Source of the DNA: Octopus vulgaris
Taxonomy: Eukaryota
Length of the DNA stretch: 64,000 bases
Reading direction: 5' to 3'
Assembly (NCBI GenBank): GCA_951406725.2
Contig: OX597828.1
Coordinates: 41,044,001-41,108,000 of the forward strand
The notes under the pieces were generated by a model that made no database searches, was not told the origin of the DNA, and saw only the letters and a list, made by a program, of their open reading frames with translations. Position 1 is the first letter of the stretch. Each line of letters begins with the position of its first letter. The position numbers and the translations under genes are program-made. Of the stretch, positions 37,969 through 50,015 are shown one piece after another.

Positions 37969-39194
37969 GTAAGTTTATTTGAAGTGGCACTCTCTCACCC
38001 TCTCTCTCTTTCTTGTATACATATTCTTGTGTGTGTGCACACACACACTCTCCTCTCTCTCACACACACACAATGTACTTCACAGCATTTCGTCTGTTTC
38101 TGCATCCTGGGTTCAAATTCCACTGAGGTCAACTTTGCCTTCCATCCTTTAAGTACCAGCTGAATCCTAGGTCTTGATGTAATCCAGACCCCTCCCCGAA
38201 AGTTTCAGGCCTTGTGCTTATAGTAGAAGGAATTATATTTTCCGATTTTAAATTCATCAATTAGTGTTATTTAATCTCATAACATGAATTTTAGCCACTT
38301 TGTCCTATGACATCATCATCATCACCATCTTTTATCGTCCGTTTTCCGCGCTAGCACAGGTTGGATGGTTCGACCAGGGTCTGGGAAGCCAGGGCTGCAC
38401 CAGGCTCCAGTCTGATCTGGCAGTGTTTCTACAGCTTGATGCCCTTCCTAACGCCAACATGTTTGCAAATTCTAATTTCAGTTATTAAATCGATCATTCA
38501 TTTTATGTTGACAACAGAATTGTAAGCCGGCAGAAAGAAGCTTTGAGATATTTAATTATGGGCCTTTGCATTCTGAGTTCACATTTCACTGATATTGACT
38601 TTGCTTTTCATTCTTCTGGAATCAGTAAAATAAAATATCAGTCAGTTATGCAGAGTCTTCTCTGAAAATCTGTTACCTTACAACAACTGGCATTCCGTTG
38701 GTTATGACAAGAAAGGTTCCACTTGATCTAATCAACAGAACAGCCTGTTCATGAAATTAGCATGTATGTAGCTGAGCAAGTTTCTTCTTACTTTAGTTAT
38801 GGCTGACTCAAGTTCTATCAGTGAAATCATAGAAGCCTATTTGCTGGCTTTTATCTATTCTTAGGTGGTAAGCATAAAACCCATTGGTTTGTTTGATGGT
38901 ACCTCTTAGACAAAGAATTCCTTCTAGTAGAGTCCGTTCTTTTGCAAACATTTAGTCTATGCCTTTTATATGATGGTAACCCTGGAAGTGGAGAGAAGTT
39001 TGTCCCCTTCATGTCAGTCTGTCTTCAAGACCATGTAAATGTCATGTGTACTGTTCTTTTTTCTTCTTCTTTTTCTTTTTTTGACTAAATCAATACAAAG
39101 AAAATAGTTCTCCTGTTCTTGTGATCTGTCTGTCTTTCTACCTTTAACTTAGAAAGCGGCATTTTTTTCTTTCTTTTTTCTCACTCATTTTTAG

Positions 39195-39532
39195 CTAAAA
39201 GAAAACCGAGAGTGAAGAAAAACTATAAGGAAGAGTCTGAAGAGGAGGAGGAGGAGGAGGAAGAAGAAGAGGAGGAAGAAGAGGCAGAGGAGGAGGAGGA
39301 AGAAGCAGAAGAGGAAGAAGAGGACGGTGAAGAGGAGGAAGCTTTAAATTCTGACGAGGAATATGTGTCTGCTGTGGTTGCTCAATGTCAAGAAGACGAG
39401 AAAGCCAGTGTATCTACTCAAACGTCATATCGACGAGGTACCAGCAAGGAATCTTCCCGACAGGCAGGGACACAGACTGCTACTACAGAACCTTATTCTT
39501 CCAGGAAACGACGACGGAACACCGAGTTGTCT
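39195..39532 (+). CDS. BAZ1B: BAZ1B exon y, acidic tract plus TQT motifs, ending just before the expected bromodomain
   Basis: ttttag|CT AAA AGA..TTG TCT|gtaagt; ends RKRRRNTELS, resembling human RRQSLELQ before the bromodomain; read-through gives VSSALS* (TAA ending 39553). Confidence 0.88.
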
Positions 39533-39845
39533 GTAAGTTCAGCTTTATCCTAATGCTGGCTTATAAAAAAAAAAAAAGCAGGGACTCTTGTGTATTTCTG
39601 CCACATTGTTTTCCAAACCCCCACCTGCCCAGCCACCTTTCTTTAATTCCCTAATCACCACAGCTACCACCACCACCATCACCACCGACAGCTAAACACG
39701 ATTCTAAATAATTTATATTTCTTTTTCTTTTAACCTTTTATTCAAACCCTCTCTTACATTTACATTTATAAGTTCCCTCCATCATCATCATCGTCAGCAT
39801 CATCATTATCATAATAATCATCATTGCTATGGTTTTAAAAAAAAA

Positions 39846-39878
<33 letters not shown>

Positions 39879-41578
39879 AAAAAATAAATTTTTTTTTTCC
39901 CACCTATAAACTACTTCAGATTTAATCATCCAGTGAAAAACAATATTTTATTCTCTTTTTCTAATTTTTTTTCTCCATGCTACAATGAATCTTTATTTCA
40001 ATTTATTCCCCTCTGCCACTGGTCTGCTCCTCACAACTGTTACATTCTCATTTGTTTCCCTGTTTATCTTGTTACAGAAACTGTTGCTTTTCACACATCT
40101 CTGATATTGTTTAACCCATAATGACAGTTTTTAGAGGAGCTAATCTATAAAAATTATAAATACCATGTCTTCAAAAGTGGAAAAGGGGCTTTTTCCACTA
40201 AAAACAAAACAAAACCAGGGAAAAAAAAAGCAAAAAACACACATATATATATATATTTTAGTTTGCATCTCACAATGGTGCTCCATTTTACAGCAAAACA
40301 CCCTTTGCCCCACATTTCACAGCAGATCATATGTATCAGGTCAAAACCACAAGCAGACAATGTGCTGAACCAACCCTTGACAAAGTTCTAAACCATATTT
40401 TCCCCCCTATTTTTACTGGCTGCAGACCAATAAGCAACACCAGAGGAAGAAAGTGCAGTACATTTTGGTAAACCCCCAAATAGAACATCCTTTCTTATTC
40501 TGAAGCAGCTGAGCAGCAGTAGGAATTGGTGGGAATTGCGTCCTGGGGGACACAGGAATTATTCAAACTTCTGTTAACTACTCTACTGACAGTTAAGAAC
40601 TGAAGGAATAATAAAACCTTCTTCAAGGTGCAGAGCAATTCCTGTTTCATTAGCATGAACACAGATAAGAGCATAGAATGAAGGGCTGTTAATTTGAGTA
40701 TTTGATGGTTTATAGTGCCCAGAGGAAACCCTTTCAAACGGGTGTAGTTTGAGAAAGGTACTTAGAGGATCAAAGGATTACTAAAGGTTCATGACTGTTG
40801 GTAGGGGTTTGACAAGACTTGCTCATTCGGATATGATACAGCTTGTTTGATATTGGTAGCATTAGGAGGTTTCATGTCAGCTTTGTCTGAAGCCTGGATT
40901 GGATTATAGTATGAGGACCGCTAATCATAGAAAGATAGAGATGGGTGGGTAGGTGGGAGAGATGGGGCTGGATAGGTTTGTTGTGTTTGCCAATTGTATC
41001 TGTCTGTCACACAGCACAAAGACGCATTCTCTGCTGATGCAAATGCATTAGATGTGTCTCTACAGCTGTTTAAACAAAACATGGTATGCACAAATGCTGT
41101 GGATGTGTGTGTGTGTGTGTGTGTGTGTGTACATACACATACAAACGCACATGCATAACACAGCATGAAGACACAAGTATATACTAAGGATAAAATGTTC
41201 ACCATTAAATTGGTATTCTTATATATATATATTCTTTAGTAGCCTACTGCTACAGTTGTAAGCTAATAAAACTGCATTAAAGCAATATATGTATATATGT
41301 GTGTGTGTGTAAGTATATAGATATATATGTATGTGAAGGCATGTGGCATAGTGGTGGCACTCACAGTTGCTAGCTTGTAGGTTCAATTCCCCAACTGGAC
41401 ACTGGGCGGTGCATTGTTCTTGAACAAAGCACTTCGTTTCACATTGCTCCAGTCCTCCTTTCAAGCAGTGGAGAATGTTGGCCTGTGTGCTCAAACGGTG
41501 CAAAGTTCCTTGTGACCAGCAATGTGTAGCATCTGATAATATAGTTAGTCACATAAGATATATATGTATGTATATGTA

Positions 41579-41621
<43 letters not shown>

Positions 41622-41701
41622 CGCTTGGCAACAGGTGGGGGTTGGCGTCAGGAAGGGCATCTGGCCGTAGAAAACTTGCCACACGCATAGCACTGCATAT
41701 A

Positions 41702-41744
<43 letters not shown>

Positions 41745-41751
41745 GCATATT

Positions 41752-42381
41752 CATTCTTTTAGTCTTTTATTCTTTTACATGTTTCAGCCATTTGACTGTG
41801 GCTATGCTGGAGCACTGCCTTTAGTCAAGCAAATCGACCCCAGGACTTATTCTTTGTAAGCCTAGTACTTATTCTATCGGTTTCTTTTTGCTGAACCACC
41901 AAGTGGTGTGGATGAAAACACACTAGCATCAGTTGTCAAGCGATAGTGGCAGGGGGGACAAACACAGATATGAATTACAAATACATCCATCCATATATAC
42001 AATGGGCTTCTTTCAGTTTCCGTCTACCAAATCCACTCCCAAGGCTTTGGTCAGCCCGAGGCTATAGTAGAAGACACTTGCCCAAGGTGCCACGCAGTGG
42101 GACTGAACCCGGAACCATGGGGTTGGGAAGCAAGTTTCTTACCACACAGCCACTTGTGCGCCTTATAATATCTTTTTACTTGTTTCAGTCATTTTGACTG
42201 CGGCCATGCTGGTGCACTGCCTTTAATCGAGCAACTCGACCCCGGGGCTTATTCTTTGTAAGCCCAGTACTTATTCTATCGGTCTCTTTTGCCGAACCGC
42301 TAAGTGACAGGGACATAAACACACCAGCATCGGTTGTCAAGCAATGCTAGGGGGACAAATACAGACACACAAACATACATG

Positions 42382-42412
<31 letters not shown>

Positions 42413-43001
42413 ATATATACAACGGGCTTCTTTCAGTTTCCGTTTAACAAATCCACTCACAAGGCTTTGGTTGGCCCGAGGCTATAGTAGAAGACACTTG
42501 CCCAAGATGCCACGCAGTGGGACTGAACCCGGAACCATGGGGTTGGGAAGCAAGTTTCTTACCACACAGCCACTTGTGCGCCTTATAATATCTTTTTACT
42601 TGTTTCAGTCATTTTGACTGCGGCCATGCTGGTGCACTGCCTTTAATCGAGCAACTCGACCCCGGGGCTTATTCTTTGTAAGCCCAGTACTTATTCTATC
42701 GGTCTCTTTTGCCGAACCGCTAAGTGACAGGGACATAAACACACCAGCATCGGTTGTCAAGCAATGCTAGGGTGACAAATACAGACACACAAACATACAC
42801 GCACATACATATATATATATATATATATACATATATACAACGGGCTTCTTTCAGTTTCCGTCTACCAAATCCACTCACAAGGCTTTGGTTGGCCCGAGGC
42901 TATAGTAGAAGACACTTGCCCAAGATGCCACGCAGTGGGACTGAACCTGGAACCATGTGGTTGGTAAACAAGCTACTTACCACACAGCCACTCCTACGCC
43001 T
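41752..43001 (-). repeat. Three head-to-tail SINE-A copies with 420-bp periodicity
   Basis: Identical junction gcgccttataatatctttttacttg at about 42158 and 42578. Confidence 0.9.
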
Positions 43002-44034
43002 ATATATAAACAATCACATCATTGAAATCTCAAAGACATGTGGTGATGGATGATTAATTCAAGACAATGTGAATAAATAAGCATTATGTTTGACAGTAAT
43101 CTCAATACTAAAGGGTTAAGCCTTATTTAAATGGCTCGGAGAAGTAGTTAAAATTTTTAATTAGTTTTATGAAAATTGCATCAACAACAAAAAAGACAAA
43201 AATAGATTTAATTGGTGAGCTAACTTATCAATATGTTGTGAAATTACTTTTCCCTTCTTATCTGCTTAGAAAGCTAAAAAAAAAAATTTGTTTTTGTTTA
43301 TACCTTTCATTTTTTCCTATCCAAATAATCTTAAAATGAAAGACAAAACATCTCCCCTCCCCACACCTCTTCAAAAAAGTGTAAAAAAAAAAAAAAGCAA
43401 ACAGAACAAACATTCTCCTTTCCCCCTTCCCTCCACTATCATCCAATGACCTTAAATCTTTGAGTAGCTTCCACTTTATTGGCTACTAAACTGAAAACAC
43501 CAAAAAAATAATAAAATAAAAAGGAAAAAAAACATTGTATTAAAGACTATATGCTTCATCTTGTTCTTGTGTTACACAAACATTATTATTATTATTATTA
43601 CTTGGGTTCTCATAAGAAACGGTGTGGCAAATACAATAGACTAGAGGGTAGGGAGCAGGGCGGATCTGAAACCCTGCCTGAAATTCTCAGTTCATGTCAT
43701 TTCATTTCACTTCTATTGCTAATGCCTTCAGAAAGTAAGGCATGAAGAACATCACACTATCTTTTGTAAATTGGGCCTTTTGAGCCTGTGTAAGAAATTG
43801 TACTGTGTTTAACAACTACTGTTGTTAAAATAAACTGCTAATATACATACATTTTATCTATATATATATGCATACACACATATACATACATAAAGACACT
43901 ATCCAATGTAAAGTTAATATTGAGAAAATACAATAAAAATGAAAAAGGACTTGTTTAATTAGACTCATTTAATTATGTCTTTAATCAATTTATCTATGAA
44001 ACCAGCTTTGTGTGTATGTATGTACATGCACACT

Positions 44035-44087
<53 letters not shown>

Positions 44088-45179
44088 ATGTATACATATA
44101 TATAGTCAGTCTCAAGTCTGAGATATGAGTGAATGCATGAAAGAGTGATCTCTCCTAAATGCACCCAGGAGCCAGATGGTGGTGTTAAATCAGGTAACAG
44201 ATTGCTCCACACATGACAGAGAATCTTGTGGCTATCACAGAAAGCTCCTCGTATAGAACCGGCTATCAATCCTCAATAGTAATTAATTACAAAGAAGTGT
44301 TGTGTAGAGTGACTATGTCAGTGAAAAATCTAGAAAAAATGAGCAATGAAATTATTTCATGCGGAATATATAAAAACACAAAGATTTCATATAACTTCTT
44401 CCATACTGAAATTGATACTACATGAAAAAGGTTGCGAAACAACCATGACCCTATGGCTGTCACATGTGGTTAAATAAATGTATATTCACCTCTCATATCT
44501 CCAGACTTTATATTTATGTGTGTGTTGTGTTCATGATAACCATGGTCATCTGGAAATGCAGTGGGGTTGGTTATTTACCATTCTGCAATTGGTATTACTA
44601 AATTGCAATGCCTTTTGGCCTTGGTTCTTGGTGAAAAGCCACTCCATTTCTTTGTTCTTGTGTCTTTGAAAAGTTAATGAATAATTAGCCCTCTTTTTCT
44701 TTTCTTTTTTTATTTTTCTCTTGCTCTGTAAGTACTTCTTTCAGCCCTTCAGAATGTTTTTACTGTAATTTGGTTGACTCTGTTGTGTCCTCTGTGGCTT
44801 AATCGAGTACTTTGTTTTGTAGCTTATTGAAATTAAAATTGTTGGAACGTTGGTGGGTCGGGTGGGGAGTAAGGAGGCAAAAAATGTTTTGTGATATTCA
44901 TTCCGGTTCTTTACTTTTTGAGCTTAAACCTCACAAAAGTCAGCTTTGCCTTGAAATGGTAAAAGCACATTCATCCCATAACTTATGTATGCTATTTAGT
45001 TTTGTGCTTATGTTTCATGTATATAGATCCTACCCATATCAATTGCTTTTTGTTTTCTTGGAAATCAACAAAATATCTATCATGTAGTGGGATTGGTTCA
45101 GTTCTCTCCAAACATGTGTCTGTGTCCCTTTGGCATTCAAATTGCTCCATCAACAGTAATGCTTGGATTAATCATGTAC

Positions 45180-45700
45180 AGTAATACCTCACTGTACAAG
45201 GACACGCTTTATGAGATCCCGAGCTTTCAAGGATAAGATCCAAATTTTGTATGAAGTGCAAAAATTCCTACTACCATAACAAATGCTTCTGCGTGTTACC
45301 GAGAAATTTATAGGGAGCAAAAAAAAAAAGCTCCTTCTAAGCAAATAACTCTGGACTTGTTTTTTTATGTTAAAAAGAAATCTACAAGTCTGTCTACAAG
45401 TACTTGTGAATTGGCAATTGTGTCTACAAGTGATGGTGTGTGCAAGTCTAGTGAAACCGATTCAGAAAAAAAATAATAATGTTTGTTATTATAAATGATC
45501 TTGACATTGTTTTTGACTTTACATAAAATATTCTTTACATTCTACTACTGTTTTATTGCCATTTATTTATGAGTATTATAAATTTTATAGGTGAAATATT
45601 TTTCTGGGAACGAATTATGATTTATAACATTGCTACTATGGGAAATTATTGCTCCGCTTTACGAGTGATCTCCGGGAACAATTTAACTCGTATATCAAAA
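45180..45700. mobile_element. Tc1/mariner Tigger-like fragment
   Basis: TA|CAGTAATACCTC start and typical subterminal text (atgggaaatta..cgctttacgag..gaacaatttaactcgta). Confidence 0.5.
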
Positions 45701-47233
45701 CATGGCTATTATCTTGTACCTTTGAGATTTCAATGATGTGATTGTTTATCTTCAGAACGATGTTGTACTGTGGGTGTGAGAGGCCAAATATGGCCTGTTT
45801 AAATGCTAAAGGGTTAAAGCCATTTCAATACTGCCCCAGGGTGGAGTGGGTGGCACCTGTATCATATTTTCTGATCACACTTTTTCATCACATCCTCTTC
45901 TCTTACAAATCTCACGCTTCATTCCTTTGTAAAAGTTCATGACGTCTTCGTCAACATCATCATAATTAGAATCATTAGTGACAGAATAAATCTTTGTTAC
46001 TTTCTGAGGTCAAATCCTGCCAAAGTCATCTTTGCCTTTCATCCTTCCTGGGTCAGTGAAATAAAGTACCAGTTGAGCACTAGTGTTGTTGTAATCAACT
46101 AACCCACTCCCTCAAAATATGCTGGCCTTGTGCCAAATTTGAAACCATTATCATTATTATTATTAATTATCTTTTTGAAGTATTTCTTAGTAAACAAATT
46201 TTTAGAAAATGTTTTGTAATAACCAATCTGAAATTCATATAAGTTATTAAATTTCGTTTTATAATTTCATTATATTTTCTGTACACAGTTTTTCTCACAA
46301 AAGAATTTTTTTCCCTTTACACCAGTAATGTCTGTTGTGTGCATAAAAATATTTCCATCCAAAACATGTCTGTTTCCCATCGTTTGTGACTGTAAAATTA
46401 CCAAATACCCTTCTGTCTGCTTCCTTATGTTTCCATAATTAACATAAATAACTAACTTATTACAGATGCTATTCCATTTTTTTCAACAGCATTAATAATT
46501 AAATAACAGTAACACCGCTAATAATCATAATAATACTTTATTTATGTTTTCTCAATGTATTTTTCAGCTCAGGGGAAATCAGTGTAATGAAGTTTCTTCC
46601 TGATGGAAATAGCTTTTCATCAATCATTCTCACATTTGATGAGGCCATCTCGCTACCATACTATAATTACAAGGCTGTATTGTGGTGATACAGTTATAAG
46701 AATGTCATACTTTAATCGTGTGACATCTTTGTGGTTGTGTTATAATTAGGGGACCATATTGTAATTATGTCGCTATACCGTGACCAAAGCCAAAGTTTTG
46801 TGTAGCCAAAGTTTTGTGTAGCCAACGTTACTGTGATTTGATTCATTCTGTTGCCAGTATCGCAAATATAACCATGACCACCTGGTTGACGTATCTCCAT
46901 TACCAATTGCATTTTCTACTACAGACACGTGTATGATTGATTGATTCTAGTTTCAGCTCATGAGCTGTGGCCATGCTGGGGCACCGCCATTTATGTCTAT
47001 CTGCAATAAATATTTGTTACTACATCAGTGTTACAGCTGCTGTGTTCAGTAAACCTACCACCACCATCACAAATCTAATGATACATGCCCCATGTATAAC
47101 TCCTACCATCCCATTCTATAGTTCCTCGATGCCTCCTCTCTGAGGGAGCATTGCAGGTCTTCAAGAGAGCACCCCCCCCCCTTTTTTTTTTTTTTTCTGA
47201 CCGAACTTTTAATATCTATTTTTATTTGTTTAG

Positions 47234-47451
47234 CCCTTTAGTGTTCACATCATTCTGCCAAAATTAATACCTTTTCAGCCACATTGTTTTGAACTAATGC
47301 ATTACTTTGTAGCTATGAGATTTTGATGAGGTAGCTGTTAATTTTTCAAACGATATTGTAGGATTGGTGTGAGAGACCAGATCTGGCCAGTTTGAACATA
47401 AAACAGGCAGAATACTTTTGGCCGGATATGGCCGGTTTAAATGCTAAAGGG
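47234..47451. mobile_element. piggyBac-type MITE copy
   Basis: CCCTTTAG..CTAAAGGG|TTAA, close match to the 13652 copy. Confidence 0.85.
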
Positions 47452-48800
47452 TTAATAACTGAAAGTTCAATAAATCTTTTAAGCCTTAAGGCCTTTTATT
47501 TTGTAATTTGATCAGGTATATCTCTTGGGACAGGGCTTAAACAGTGAACTTGCATCCCATATGTGATGATGTGACTCAGCTATCAACAACTGATTATCCA
47601 AAAGTAATAGACTAGGCCAATTAACTTAGGCAATCACATATCAAACAGACCTAATAATCAAAAGTATTACAGATGTGACCATCACAATCTCACGATGGCC
47701 AGTGTACTCCTATGCCCCCCAGATCTTGTTTCAGTTTCCAAAAATGCCTGACCATACCTATACATATTTAGTTGAAGATTAAAAACAGTAACCTGGTTCT
47801 CATTTTATTGTCACTGGAAAAAAAACCCCAAACAAAACTATTTCTCTGTTTTGGTCAGTAAAGGTGTTTCAATTTCAAATAATTATTGTAATCCGATTGT
47901 AAGTGGTCTGAGTGAATGGGGGTCTGTAACCCGGTTTCAATTCCCAGAAAATGTTGCTGCATTTATATTCTAAATATCCTTATAAAAGATGTGAAGGCAT
48001 GGCTGTGCGATAAGAAGCTTGCTTCCCAACGACATGTATGTATTTATGTGCACGTGTCTATGTTTGTTCCCCCTCGCCATCACTTTACAACCAATGCTGG
48101 TTTGTTTATGTCCCTGTAACTTAGCGGTTCAGTAAAAGAGATCAATAGAATAAGTACTGGGTTTACAAAGATCAAGTCTTGCAGTCAGTTTCTTTGACTG
48201 AAGCCCTTTAAGGTGGTGCTTCAGCATGGTTGCATTCGAATGACTAAAACCAGTAAAAGAATAAAAGAATGTTGCTAACTAGCTTTCCCCCGAAGTCATT
48301 AGGTCACGTGTCAATTAAATCAAACCACTTCTACTACTCCCCGCCCCCATAGAGTCGGCCTAATTTACTTGGTTGTGTGGTTAAAAAGTTCACTTTTTAC
48401 TCATAGGGTTCCAGGTTCAACTCCACTGCATGACACTTGGGGAAATTGCCTTCTTTTCTGGCTGTGCATTGACCAATAGGTTGTGAATGACAGTGGATGG
48501 AGAGACACTAGAAGTTCTGTGTGTTCAAGCACTGAGTGACAACTGGTGCAATCAAGCAGAAACTCCTTGTGCTATAGCTACTTGGCAGAGTTATCTCCCT
48601 TGATACTATTGGCTACTTAGTGTCTCTTATCCCACGAGGATGTGAAATGCCAAAGACACAGATAAAGTACTGGGGTTAATTAACATAATAAACTAGAACC
48701 CCAGGTTGCATCCCAGCATAACCATAGGTTAATGGCTGAGACCAGTGAAAGAAGAATATACCCTACCCATGTATGTATGTTAGAATTTATTATTGTTATT

Positions 48801-50015
48801 AAGACGGCTAGTTGGCAGAAACGTTAGCATGCCGGGCAAAATGCTTAGCGGTTTTTTCATGTCTTTACATTCTGAGCTCAACTTTGCCTTTCATCCTTTC
48901 GGGGTCGATAAGTTAAGTACCATTAGTATACTGGGGTCGATGTAATTGACTGGCCTCCTCCCCAAAAATTTCGGGTCCTGTACTTAGAGTAGAAAAGATT
49001 ATTATTATTTTTAAGCCAGCGAGCTGGCGGTCGTTAGCACACCAAGCAAAATGCTTAGCGGCATTTTGCCCATCCTTATATTCTGTGTTCAAATTCCACC
49101 GAACTCAACTTTGCCTTTCACCCTTTCAGGGTCAATAAAATAAGTACCAATGTGGGGAGAGGGGGGCGATGGGATCAACTTGCCCCATACTCGCAAATTT
49201 TGTGCCTACAGTAGAGAGGATTATTATTATTATTATTGCTACTAAGGCAGCGAGCTGGCAGAAACGTGAGCACGCCGGGCGAAATGCTTTGCGGTATTTC
49301 ATCTGCTACTACGTTCTGAGTTCAAATTCTGCCAAGGTCGACTTTGCCTTTCATCCTTTTGGGGGTCGATTAAATAAGTACCAGTTGCACACTGGGGTCG
49401 ATATAATCGACTTAATGCATTTGTCTGTTCTTGTTTGTCCCCTCTGTATTTAGCCCCTTGTGGGTAGTAAAGAAATAGGTATTTCGTCTGTCTTTACGTT
49501 CTGAATTCAAATTCCGTTGAGTTTGACTTTGTCTTTCATCCTTTTGAGGATGAAAGTACCTGGCAAGTGCTGGGGGTCAATGTAATTGACTTACTACCCA
49601 TCCCCCGAAATTGCTAGCCTTGTGTCAAAATTTCAAATCATTATTATTATTACTTTTCATCCTCTTGAGGGTCGATGAAATATATTGACCCCTGTTTGAA
49701 CACTGGGGTCAATATAATCAACTTACCCACTCCCTCGATATTGCTGGCCTTGTACCAAAATTTGAAGCCATTATTATTATTATTTAGGCAGTGAGCTGGC
49801 AGAATCATTAGCATGCTGGGCAAAATGCTTGGTGGCATTTTGTTCATCTTTACGTTCTGAGTTCAAATTCCGCTGAGGTCAACTTTGCCTTTTATCTTTT
49901 CAGGGTCAATAAAATAAGTCCCAGTTGAAAATGGGTCATTGTAATTGACTTTTATCCCTCCCAAAAAATTTCAGGCCTTGTGCCTAGTAGAAAAGATTAT
50001 TATTATTATTATTAT
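48801..50015 (+). repeat. Head-to-tail chain of SINE family C (Meta-domain-like core, TTA tails)
   Basis: Repeated ggcgagctggcagaa..gttcaaattc..gcctttcatcctttcggggtcgataa..agtacca units separated by (TTA)n; similar chain at 7025-7565; single copies at 13458, 29887, 60613, 61938. Confidence 0.85.

Larger units (their letters stand above)
767..39532 (+). other. BAZ1B: BAZ1B/WSTF-like gene, partial (25 exons in window; 5' WAC exons upstream, bromodomain exons not seen)
   Basis: Exons spliced by hand keep one open frame across 24 GT-AG introns. The translation follows recalled human BAZ1B in order: FIRTHALRAG..PWVV, KQMTLL, RYEDQDL, FGDVAMV.EF, LLQTLLQDEI.EDY, PIGTDRNH.RYW, LHPQGIRES.LK, RLHVLLGILDACIKW..SAENA, PHD. 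Confidence 0.95.

Noticed and set aside
46786-46826. 16-bp tandem repeat gccaaagttttgtgta
   Set aside because: Only about 2.5 copies; most likely slippage or subterminal repeats of a decayed DNA transposon.
47560-47595. C/D box snoRNA (GTGATGA...CTGA)
   Set aside because: Boxes only about 22 nt apart, with no convincing terminal stem or guide.
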